A DNA stretch of 64,000 bases from Octopus sinensis (taxonomy: Eukaryota). The stretch lies in contig NC_042999.1 in the NCBI RefSeq assembly GCF_006345805.1, positions 126,728,001-126,792,000 on the forward strand, given 5' to 3'. Shown here piece after piece: positions 52,638 to 64,000 of the stretch (positions are counted from its first letter, which is position 1; the number at the start of each line of letters is the position of its first letter). The notes under the pieces are model-generated. The model did no database searches, was not told the DNA's origin, and worked only from the letters and a program-made list of their open reading frames with translations. Both the position numbers and the translations under genes were made by a program.

Positions 52638-53912
52638 TATGTTACAGTATCATGGTATCGACCAGACTATCAGATGCTGTTGTGCATCATTGGTCACTAT
52701 GAGCCTCACATCGTTTTAGCTTTCAAATGATGTCTCTCCACTGGCTAGGTGTGCTGACCAATGTTTACCCTGACTGCAAGGCTATTCTGTTGCAGGGTTA
52801 CTCATTTACAGTTGAGTGGATTGGAGCCACATGAAAAGCAGTGTTTTGCTCAAGAATACAATGTGCAGCTAGTCTGAGAATCGAAACTGTGATCTCATGA
52901 TCAGTTATTTACTTATAGAAGCCATTCAAAGACTAAAGAACAAGAAACTTCAACTACATCAACCTCATTGGTCTATAAGCCTGAAAAAGCTAATGACACT
53001 GTTCCTCCCCATCTTTCTAAAATATGTACAAAAGGACTGAAGTTTAGATAGAAATTGTCATATTAAACTAAAAGATTTACAGGAGAGGTGAAATGACAGG
53101 GAGCATCAGGTAGAGAGCAGTTAGAGTAGCAATGTCAATTTAATTCTTAGAAACAAAACATAAGACTTGCTTGTAGCATAATCATTGTACTTCAAGCTAG
53201 TTGTATTTTTAATTTCCAAGTATTGACTTGACTTTACCATCCCCAGTGACAACCCAGGTCTCCCCACTTTTCACTTCTTCTGTGCTTTTTTCCTTCTGAC
53301 TTGTGGTTAAAGCTTTGTCTGGACTCTAATGTGATTAGATAGCCAGCTATTTATAAGTCTTCATCTACTGGCCATCTAATTGTTCAACTAAATGTATATA
53401 TCCATTCATCTACCTTTATAAGAAATAGCCGATTTTCTCATATAGTTTATCTTGTCCAATGAATTGACAAAGAACTAGATCAACTGAAACAAATTTTTAT
53501 ACACAACCAAGATACTTGTGTACTTTCCCTAGATTCATTGATACTAATGTCTACACACACATGCAGGTACACAACAGGACTTCTGCAGTTTCCATTAATC
53601 ATTTATCAAATTCCTCTCATTAAGTATTGGTCAATTAAAGGCCATAATAGGAGATACTTGCTCAAGGTGTCATACAGTGGGAGTGGACCCAGAACCATAT
53701 GGTTGCAAAACGAATTTCTTAACCTCAAAGCCAGGCCTATACATATAAAGTGAAGCCAATATTGCTTTCCCTGTCAAATCTCAACAGACAACTCTGGACA
53801 CATTTTGGTCTTATTCTGAACTCAGTCATTTAACTGTATTCACAGCATATGCTGAAGCAATTATGAATAAATCACTAAATAAATGTTCAAAATTTTATAT
53901 TGGTTAATGTAG

Positions 53913-54024
53913 GAAAATAGAATTGTTCAAGAAATATCTACCAAGGAAAGTGACTAATGAGCTTAAGAACTACTTCTTCAAAATGATCGAAAAATTTGGA
54001 CTGGAATCTTTGGAATGCGAATGA
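53913..54024 (+). CDS. Candidate terminal coding exon, unidentified protein
   Basis: Acceptor TTGGTTAATGTAG; frame (x)KIELFKKYLPRKVTNELKNYFFKMIEKFGLESLECE*; AATAAA at 54049-54054 and 54085-54090. Confidence 0.4.
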
Positions 54025-54188
54025 ATCTTGTTGCCAGTAATAATACTCAATAAATGCACACAGATATCAATGTGCATTCACCCGAATAAAGGGGACCTAT
54101 AGGAATTTATTTGCTCTTGTAACAACCAATGATTTTACGAAATTCAAGTTGAACAAATTTCAAACACTGCAACCTTTCATAATATTTT

Positions 54189-54398
54189 TTACTGAGACCA
54201 ATATACATTTACACTTGAGATATATCTTGATACATTTTCGATAGCTTTATTAACCAGCGCGTTAGTGTTTGTGACCTAGAAAACGAGGAATGAAGTGGGG
54301 GAGAGACCCAGAAACGAAATTGAGGCGAGGGATCATCTGAAGAATGCCAAACTTTATCAGTGTCACTTACATGATATAAAATGACATTAAATTCATCC
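54189..54398 (-). CDS. Candidate last two exons (54398-54371 and 54275 onward), unidentified protein
   Basis: Acceptor TTTATTTATTGTTAG, 28-nt exon, donor GTAAGT, 95-nt intron with a strong polypyrimidine tract (CTCTCCCCCACTTCATTCCTCGTTTTCTAG). Two frames read through: DEFNVILYH-VTNTNALVNKAIENVSRYISSVNVYWSQ* or MNLMSFYIM-SQTLTRWLIKLSKMYQDISQV*. Confidence 0.35.
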
Positions 54399-55098
54399 CT
54401 AACAATAAATAAATAGGAAAACATGTCTTAAATATTTGAGCTGTATGACTTGAAGATACTCACTTTTGCTCTAAGGTTTTACTACACTGGCCTTCCCCTA
54501 CCATCTTTGCAATGTGTGTATATGTATGAGTACATATTTCTCTGCTCAGCAAGTGATATTTCTTTTCTAGAGCAAATACTTTATTAATTTTTCTTTCATA
54601 TAGATTACCAGAATGAACATATATTCATCATCATCATCGTTTAACGTCCGTTTTCCGCACTAGCACGGGTTGGACGGTTTGACTGGGGTCTGGGAAGCCA
54701 GAGGCCTCTCCAGGCTCCAGTCTGATCTGGCAGAGTTTCTACGGCTGGATGCCCTTCCTAACGCCAACCACTCCGCGAGTGGATTGGGTGCTTTTTACGT
54801 GCCACCTGCACAGGGGCCGGGGGGTCCGGCATCAGTCACGATCGGTTCGAGCTTTTTCTAGAGTTGAGTTCATTTTAAAATAATTTTCTTACATATATTT
54901 TTAGGAGATATGAAATGGAAAGATATACACAAGAAAGTAGTTTTTTTTTGGCCTTTCGTCCTGCTCTTTAGTTTTATAGGTGGATTTCTTCACCATTACA
55001 TTGCAAGCATAATCACAGTGTTCACTTCACAATTCACCAATAATAGAAACATGACGAAGTATAAATTTATTGTATGCTCTGAGTAACCAGTCACGAAG

Positions 55099-55137
<39 letters not shown>

Positions 55138-55422
55138 TATATATACACACACACTCACACAGACACACATTGTCTCTTGGGGCATTCAAAATATGGTGTC
55201 TTGACCATGTCACAATTATATATGTACCGTGTGAAGGAAGTTAAGTGAATAATGAGTGAAATAAGAGGTGAAAGAATAAATAGGAATGAGTTAAGTGTGT
55301 TAACAGCAAGTTTGTGGATACAAAGTGGGAAAGTAAATAAAATAAATAAAATGTTTCAGTCGGTGTATTTTTATTTATATTTCTTGTTACAAAATGTATT
55401 AAATAGTGATGACTTGCAACTT

Positions 55423-55497
55423 GGGTTTGTGACGCAATGAATATAACACATCTGACTATGGATCAGAAGGTTCCATGTTCAAATCTTGGCAAGCTTA
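55423..55497 (+). pseudogene. tRNA-Arg(ACG) pseudogene
   Basis: GGGTTTGTGACGCAATGAATATAACACATCTGACTATGGATCAGAAGGTTCCATGTTCAAATCTTGGCAAGCTTA follows the conserved animal tRNA-Arg-ACG body (GTGGCGCAATGGATAACGCGTCTGACTACGGATCAGAAGATTCCAGGTTCGACTCCTGGC, from memory). Changes are mostly CpG transitions; the anticodon reads ATG. Confidence 0.8.
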
Positions 55498-56497
55498 CAA
55501 AGTACTTTTTTAAAAAATTCCTATAAATTTTGTTACATTGTAAGGTAAAACTAACATAATAATTATCGATGCCATTGCATCAAATGAAATTATACCATTG
55601 AATTTGCATGTACCATATTACTGGCAACAACACCTGTTTTCGAAGTCCCCCAGATATTTTTAAATATCAGTTGGACATTCAAAACAGCATATCAGAGCTG
55701 TCCTTGCACTCCACCAAAAACAATCAAGCAAAATAAAAGTTGTGAACCCCCTCACACAAAAAAAAACAAACCAAAAGTTAAAATGAATGGAGTCAGTAAA
55801 GAAAATGTAAATATGAGTACACTGGATGAATGCTGCTCTGTTCTTTTCAACAACTTTGTCACTAATAATTCAATATATTCTTATTCTAAAAGCACCTTTT
55901 CCATCGACTGCCACTGTTTTGCAGCCTCTGCTTCTCATCGAGGACAGATAAGTTGTCATATTGCAATATTTGTAGGTGAGCTTCAAACGAAAGTGTTAAA
56001 AAGCAAAAGCTTAGCTGCTGACAAACTGAAGTGAAAGTGTAATTAATAATAGGAATAATGTTCTCAATGTGAAAGTGTAATAAAAGGAATAATGTTCCCA
56101 AAATGAAACTTTTTTACGTGTGGGAAAATTGGACCTACTGCAAGATTTATAATTATTAGAAAAATAATTCTTTCCACTTTAGGAATAAAACCGGAAATTT
56201 TGGTGGAGGGAGTTAGTCGATTATATCAACCCGTGTTTAATTAGTACTTACTTTATTGACCTCGAAAGGATGGATGAAAGAAAAAATCAACGTCGGTGGA
56301 ATTTGAACTTAGTTCGAAAAGCCAGAAAAAAATGTTGCAGGTGTGGTTGTGTGGTTAGAAGCTTGCTTCCCAACCACATGGTTCCAGGTTCAGTCCAACT
56401 GCATGACACCTTGGGCAAATGTCTTTTACTATAACCTTGGGCCAACCAAAGTGTTATGAGTGGATTTAGTAGAGAGAAACTGAAAGAAGCCCATTGC

Positions 56498-56528
<31 letters not shown>

Positions 56529-58162
56529 TATCGTTTTTGGATTTGGTTTGCAAGATTCTTTATGTGAGTCAGTATGTTGAAGCATATTCTGTTGTGTCTG
56601 GTGAGAGGCATTCTCTTCTAGTGCCTTATAATTTAACACACTCACTGGAAAAATTTCCACTTATTTCTTTCTTATTTTTCTAAAATTTTCATTGCATCTT
56701 GCAACCTTTTCAATAGTTGTTGACTATCAGAAAGAAATTTTACTGGTGAGTGTGTTCAATTATAAAGCACTAAAAGAGAATGATTCTCCTCAGACACAAG
56801 TGTATACACACGCACACACACACACATATGTATATATATATAGGCACAGGAGTGGCCATGTGGTAAGTAGCTTGCTTCCTAACCACATGGTTCCGGGTTC
56901 AGTCCCACTGCGTAGCACTTTGGGCAAGTGTCTTCTACTATAGCCTCAGGCCAACCAAAGCCTTGTGAGTGGATTTGGTAGACGGAAACTGAAAGAAGCC
57001 TGTTGTATATATGTATATATATATATATATATGTGTGTCTGTGTTTGTCCCCCCACAACATCGCTTGACAATCGATGCTGATGTGTTTTCATCACCGTAA
57101 CTTAACAATTCGGCAAAAGAGACTGATAGAATAAGTACTAGGCTTACAAAGAATAAATCCTGGGGTCAATTTGCTTGACTAAAGGTGGTGCTTCAGCATG
57201 GCCGCAGTTAAATGACTGAAAAAAGTAAAAGAGTAAAAGAGAAAGAGTATATATTTGTGTGTTTGAGTCTGTATCCATCCGTCCCCACCATCGCTTGACA
57301 ACCGATGTTGTTGTGTTTATGTCCCTATAACTTAGTGGTTCGGCAAAAGAGACTGATAGAATAAGTACTAGGCTTACGAAGAATAAGTCGATAATTCGAT
57401 TTGTTCGACTAAAAGATTTGTTAAGGTGGTGCTCCAGTATGGCCACAGAGGATTGACTGAAACAAATAATAGAAAAAAATGTATTTGTCCAGCATGCTAA
57501 CGATTCTGCCAGCTCATTACTTTGATAATTATTCTTTGTACTATAGGCAAAAGATGTGAAATTTTGAGTGAGGTGGTTGTCAATTATATCACCTGCAGTG
57601 TTCAAAGATGAAAAGAAAAGTCAACCTCAGTAGAATTTGAACCTGGAATGAAAAGCCAGAAGAAATGTCGCTAAGTACTTTTTGTTTGCTGTACTAAGGA
57701 TTCTATCAGCTCGCTACCTTGATAGTAAAACTGATAATAATATAAATTATTTTCTGATGTATGTTTGAGCTGTTTTATGAGATGTAAATTAGATAGGTAG
57801 ATAGGCATCTATCAGTCTTGAAAGACCTAAGGGTCTTCTGTGCCAGGAGAATTTTGTGTCAGCTGCTGATGGTAATGCAGTGTTTGCTGTGGGTGTGCAG
57901 GCCCATACAGGAGTGGCAGTTATGCAACTGTATTTGAAGATGGTAAATGAACAAGTCCCATTTCATAGAGGTAAATATACAGCCATTTTGAAATACCCCA
58001 AATTCCTATGTATCAAACAAATCCTTTCAGTTACAAGCATTTTGGATAACAGGTTATCAACTCTCTCTCTACATACATACATATACACACATACACACAT
58101 ACATACAAAAATACATGTTTGCATGCATAATATTACATATATACATACATACATATATATAT

Positions 58163-58605
58163 AATAGAAATATTAAAATGACTAAGTCTCTCTAAAGGAG
58201 ATTACGGCAGCGTTACTTGATATTAATAGTTATTGCCATACTAATATGGCAGTCTAAATATAAGACTAAAGCTGTCGCTGATTAGCTCCAAGAAGTCACC
58301 GCCTCTAGCTAGCTATATGACACATGAGCCTGCGTCCATTACAACCTTCGAACAGGGGAGGTCAGCCGCTTCACCTTGCCATATTAGTATGGCGATAACT
58401 ATTAATATCCAGTAATGCTGCCGTAATCTCCTTTAGAGAGACTTAGTAATTTTAATATTTCTATTATTGAAAACAAGTGGATGTATTCCACTGTAACTAG
58501 GTAAATAAAATCTTCAAACGGCGGTCAGTAGCGACACTTGCTGGTTCTGACTACGCTGCATTGATAAAGGGCAACAACCCTGAAACATGTCTGCAGATGT
58601 CTGAC
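58163..58605 (+). mobile_element. Non-autonomous element: 88-bp inverted repeat plus hammerhead-bearing tail (PLE-derived)
   Basis: Arms 58163-58250 and 58378-58465 are reverse complements with 4 mismatches around a 127-bp spacer; hammerhead at 58556; (TA)-rich flanks. Confidence 0.75.
58556..58596 (+). ncRNA. Minimal type-I hammerhead ribozyme, U3-A8 variant
   Basis: CTGCA-TTGATAA-AGGG(caacaa)CCCT-GAAA-C(at)G-TC-TGCAG: 5-bp stem I, 4-bp stem II, palindromic ACATGT stem III, GUC triplet ending at 58591; core UUGAUAA instead of CUGAUGA. Confidence 0.8.
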
Positions 58606-58639
58606 TATATATGTATATATATGTATATATATATATATA

Positions 58640-58830
58640 GTTCAATTTTACAGAAAACAAAAGACAAAGACAGGTGTAGGAACAACAAGCAGGTGTATTA
58701 CTTTAACACTCGGGGAAATATGGAAAAGTTATTTATGTTTCGCGCCTACGCTCTTTGACAGAAAGGATTAAGAGGTAAAAATGGAGAGAGAATGAAAAAA
58801 AAAAACGGAGAGAGAAAAATGTGCAGAGTT
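58640..58830 (-). mobile_element. PLE-like 3' end with degenerate hammerhead
   Basis: Minus strand CTTT-CTGTCAA-A-GAGC(gtag)GCGC-GAAACATAAATA (58765-58730), then a T-rich tail running into (TA)n; core and stems are mutated. Confidence 0.5.
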
Positions 58831-59365
58831 CAATGGTACAACATGGTGAGATGACTGGAAAAAAGGGCTTGAATGGAAGGAAGATAATAATAATAACAGT
58901 GAAGGTAATGGTGACCTCCTAATGAACTAAGGTGCACAAGCATGTGTGTGTATGTAAGTGTGTATGTGTGAATGGGAGTGAATGAGTCTAATGTATGTGT
59001 CTGTGTCTGTGTGTATGTGTGTGTGAGAGACGTGTGTGTTGTGTGTAGCAGTTGATGTGTGCACATGTGTATGTGTGTTCCCGTGACCAAACAGTGTGCA
59101 TGTGTATAGTGTATGTTTGTGGGCGAAAGTTATCTTTGTGTGTGTTGCATGTGTTTATGCATATTGAGTGTGTGTGTGTGTGTGTGTGTGTGAGTGTGTG
59201 TGTGTAGGAGTGTGCATGATGATGTCTGTACTGAGTTAAACAGTGTGTGTGGCTGCTTGTATAGTGGTTTGTGTTGTGACACTATTGAAGATTGTATATG
59301 GGTGTGTTGATAATGGTGTGTGGTGTGGGTGCTGAGAAGTGTTCAGTGCTAGTGTGTGTGGAGTG

Positions 59366-59403
<38 letters not shown>

Positions 59404-60639
59404 AATTATATGATTTGTTCCCTGTGTATGTTTTACTGCTGCAGTTATTTGCATCCTCTACATTAGATGTTCCAAGTGCAATTAGATGCAAAACTCCAAC
59501 AGATCATTAGTGGAACACTTTATTGTATTATGTTACTCAGATAAAATACCTTTTGATCCAATGCAGAGGTTACAAATAACCACAATGGTGAAACGTACCT
59601 GTATATCATAATCAGTAACACTACTAAGTGTAGTAGAAACCACATCACCATACAAGAAGAAAGCTGTAAATCTAACTGTACACACAAGATATACTACACA
59701 CATACTACACACACACACACACACGCACACACGCACACACACACACACACACACACGCACAAGATGCTGAATACATGTTGTAGAGTATATGATTTTATTT
59801 CAACTAAATGTTTGTCTTGTAACTAGAGTTTCATGCCAGTGAAGTCTTAAGGTGAGAACTATTTACTACTCGAAATGGTGGTGTATGCTTTTAATTTTCC
59901 TTTGATGTGTGTGTGTATGGTCTAGTGCTTGTGTTTGTTAATTAATTTGCATTTTATACTTTGCTTATTGATTGAGTGATGTTTTCTGGATTTGTGATTG
60001 GTTAGTTAAGCTATTTTTTATAATGTGATGTTTATAATCTTCAGTGGGAGTGTTTATTACTTAGTTATGATTTATTGGTGAGCTAGTGATGGGTAGGTGG
60101 GGGTTATGCTTTCATTTGTGTATGTGTATCTGTGGATAGAAGTTGTGATATGGTAAACATGTTTGCACACATTTACCCCCTTACACCCTACCACTCTTGT
60201 AACAAAGAAGTCATATCCTTAACAAGACTAAAGTATCTTCTTATCATACTTTACAGAGTAAAATTGGTCATTTTTCATGACACTAGCACTTTCATCCTTT
60301 CAGGATCTATAAAATAAGTACCTGTCAAGCATTGGGAGGTTGATGTAATTGATTTTCTCCTTCCCCCAATCTTGCTAGCCTTGTGTCAAAATTTGAAACC
60401 AATATTTTAAAATAAGAGGAGGCAGAGAGCTGGCAGACTTGTTTGCATGCTGGGCAAAATGCTTAGTGGCATTTCATCTGAGTTCTGAGTTCAAATTCTG
60501 CTGAGGTCAACTTTGCCTCTCATCCCTTTCAGATTCAATAAAATAAGTACCAATTGAACACTGGGGTTGATATAATCGACTTATCTCCTTCCTGAAAATG
60601 CTGGCCTTGTGCCAAAATTTGAAATCAGTATTCAAGGCA

Positions 60640-61300
60640 ATATGACTGAAGTGGTAGGGAAGTGACAAAAGTCTATGTGATCCAGGGACTGAAATAACGA
60701 CAGAGGTTCAGATTGAGTGAGAGAAACGAATTAAAGATATGCTGACAGAGAGAGTATTAAGGGGTGATGACAATATGTACAGGTGAAGAGGGTGAAGGAA
60801 GAGTGAACTGGGCACAAGTGATCCAATGTAGCCACCTATACATAGGTGATGAGATGAGCTAAAACAGTTGAGTAATGAGTGATGAGTTGAGTGATGATGA
60901 GCTGAGGAGTTGAATAATGAGCTGAGTGATGAGCTTAGGGGTGAGTTGAGTGATAAGCGGCAAGGAGATGAATGATGAAGGACTGAGTGATGAATGATGA
61001 GGGATTGAGTGATGAGACATGAAGCAAATGGAAAAATAGTGGGTCTGTGCCAAAACATAAAAGAATGATGGGGAGCAGGTCTGAGCAAAGGCAGAGTTAT
61101 CCCAATTGAAAGCAATGCATGGTGAACCACAGAAGAGACCCACTGCCGTCTTCAGTTCCTGTGGAGCATAGTGTAGTAAGAACTGAGAAGATAAGCAATG
61201 GGAATGAGTGACAGAGTGTAATGTATAGGAAATAGTATATGAACATTCTTGACAGTTTATTGGGTGTCAATATGTCCACTTGTCATGAAGAATGGTAAAA
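60640..61300 (-). mobile_element. Probable LINE 3' UTR (pyrimidine-rich on the minus strand)
   Basis: Same GA/TG-rich plus-strand texture as the RTE 3' UTR at 4600-5540; a similar block lies at ~58830-59510. No coding motif confirmed. Confidence 0.4.
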
Positions 61301-61586
61301 TTTGATGTTTTGGGCTATAAACCTCAATCTATTTGTTGTTTAGGTTATAACCCTAAGCAACAGATATGTTGTTGTTGTTGTTGATTTTACTGTAGTGGAA
61401 ATTCCATGTTGCAATTTGAATAGAAGTACTTACTATAGCAGAATGGCTTCAACTCAAATTGATTGGAGAATTGAAACTGCTGGGGAGTACTTGTCCTTGA
61501 GGAACTCAACCACTGGAAAGTTTCATAGAGCAATTTGTATTCAGTCTGAAATATGGTTCCTCATCACAAATGCTACATCAATTAAT

Positions 61587-61651
<65 letters not shown>

Positions 61652-62039
61652 TTTCTTCCTTCCTTTCTTTCTTTCTTTCTAAGTAGTAATGCTGTTCACA
61701 AATCTGATATCCCCCCAGAAACACACAATCTTCATTGGGTAGTTCCCAAGTGTGCATGTGTATAAGGGTAGTCTGTATGGTGTATGTATAGGTGTGTGTG
61801 TAGATATGAAGAATAAATAAAAAAATATTTTATATTGAAATGAGGAGGAGGAGGCAGAGGAGGCTGTAAAAGTATCTCCAATTAATACAATTTAATATTC
61901 TAAAGCAATATCAAAGAATTAAAAAAAAAATAAAAAAGAAAGAATTTTAAAAATGTCAATGTTGCTATTAATTTCTCATAAATCTTTGTAATGCACTCAA
62001 TGTTCAGTTTACATACTAATTTAGAATATTTGTAAAATT

Positions 62040-62096
<57 letters not shown>

Positions 62097-64000
62097 AATA
62101 ATAATAATAATAATAATAATAAAGGTTTCAAATTTTGGCATAAGGCCAGTAATTTTAGGGTTAGGGGTAAGGGGTAAGTCAATTACATCGACCCCAGTAC
62201 TCAACTGGTACTTATTTTATCAACTCCAAAAGGATGAAAAGCAAAGTTGACCTCAGTGGAATTTGAACTCAGAAAATTAAGAGCAGGAAGGAATACTGCA
62301 AAAACATTTTTTCTCTGACACTAGTAATTCCTTCAGCTCTTCACTTTGGTGGGATTTGAACTCAAAACTTAAAGAACTGAAAGCAATACTGCAAAGAACT
62401 TTTTCTGATACTCTAATGATTCTGCCAGCTGGCTATCCTTCTAATAACAATGGTTTCAAATTTTGGCACGAGACCAGCAATTTTAGGGGAGAGGATAAGT
62501 CAATTACATTGACCCTGGTGTTCAACAGGTACTTAACTTAAAGCTGGAATACAGAACATTGTAGAATGGAAGGAAATAGTGTAAAACATAGGGTTAAAAA
62601 TAGAAGTTGGTTAAATCAGCTTTGATCAAGTAAACCTATGATCAGAAGAATTCCAGATGTAGTCACCTATCTTTTCTTTCTTAAGCAATAGATGACATTA
62701 TCTAAAAAGATCTTCACTTTTTTAAAGACAGTAGGATGTGATTTGAGAGATTTGGCTATTATTTCTAGTTGGCTGAATAGCCACAGAAAAGATACTTTGT
62801 TGGCTTGTACTAGCAATCAAGCATTCCAGTTGTTTCACTGATTTTATCAAATAAATAAGTCTTTCTAATTTTGGCACAAGGCCAGCAATTTTAAGAGGAG
62901 AGAGAAGTTAATTAGTTATTTTATCGAACCTGAAAGGATGAATGGCCATGTGGTCCATGGCAATATTTGAAGTAAGGACAGAAAGAACCAGAGACAAATG
63001 CTGCTAAGCATTTTGTCTGGCACAGTAAGGACTCTGCTGACTTGCTGCATTTTTTATCCACTAAATAATGATAGGCACAATAAATCCAACTTACATTTTA
63101 CCTTAGATATTGAAATTTCTTATAGTTTATAACCACATGTTTCAACTTTTACTGAGCAATGTTATGCATGTTAACCTTGTCTTTCAGCAATCAGTGAGTA
63201 CATTTTTTTCTTCTTAGCATTTAAACTGGCTGTATCCAGTCCAAATATTCTACCTGTTATAGAACAAGTAGAATATTTTGAACCAGTTGGATTGGCCTCT
63301 CACACCTACCTTATAATGTCATTCCACCAGGTAGAATAATTTGAACCAGACTGATCTGGCCTTTCACACCTACCCTATAATGCCACTCTAAAATAAACAA
63401 TTACATCATTGAAATCTCAAAGCTACAAGGTAATGCATAACTAATTCAAATCAATGTGAATAAATAAGCATCATGTTTGACAGAAAAATATGAATGTTAA
63501 AAGGTTAAAAGTTGATACTATTACATTAAGTAGTAAATTCTCAATAAACGATGTTCATAATACAATTTTGATTCCAAGATGGAACTACCAAATAGTCAGG
63601 GGATAGATACAAACAACAGTTATTTTAGACATTTTGATTGTCTCATTTCTTGTAGGTAACTAATTAGAGTTTGTTAGGTTACTAACTGTACATTTCTCAG
63701 GCTAAAATGAACAATTTTTTTGTCAAGGTAATTGTTTAGTTAGATAAATATGCATCCTATTTCTTAATTAGGAGAGATTATGAGAATCAATTCAATATTA
63801 TTCCATCTAAATATTTATGTGTTAAGCCAATTGATTCTCCCAGATCTTGATCCTTGCTATCATGCTACTTCAGATTTATTCATTACTGTTTCAAGAATCC
63901 TTCTTGGTTTCTAATGAAGCACGGGATAGATTGGGGATTATGACTTGAGATTTTTAAAGGTAATATTGTTTATGTAATGATGTCTGTTCACAGCACAAAA

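Noticed and set aside
55783-56101. Overlapping ORFs and AG|GTGAG donor at ~55975
   Set aside because: Several incompatible frames on both strands are equally plausible; no motif support, possibly an old Tc1-like remnant.

Overview
AT-rich, CpG-depleted, repeat-dominated eukaryotic DNA. It is very probably from an octopus (coleoid cephalopod); this is inferred from SINE/RTE repeat families recognised from memory, not from a search. There is no prokaryotic operon, CRISPR array or rRNA. Most listed ORFs are microsatellite or SINE artefacts. Recognisable coding remnants are all transposon-derived: a mariner transposase (21.2-22.4 kb), Tc1/mariner pieces, RTE, CRE, R4/Dong and Tx1/L1-type non-LTR elements. 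Dozens of tRNA-derived SINEs, several MITEs, a tRNA-Arg(ACG) pseudogene and long microsatellites are also present. No host gene could be named; a few splice-consistent candidate exons (39-42 kb and 53.9-54.4 kb) and CpG-bearing promoter-like patches are reported at low confidence. The best hunt results are two foldable minimal type-I hammerhead ribozymes of the Penelope-like-element kind (29060-29102 canonical; 58556-58596 with a compensatory U3-A8 core change) in ORF-less elements with unusual architecture. A young Tx1/L1-type LINE also appears twice inside (ATCT)n microsatellites. These extend known classes; I cannot show a wholly new system from sequence alone.
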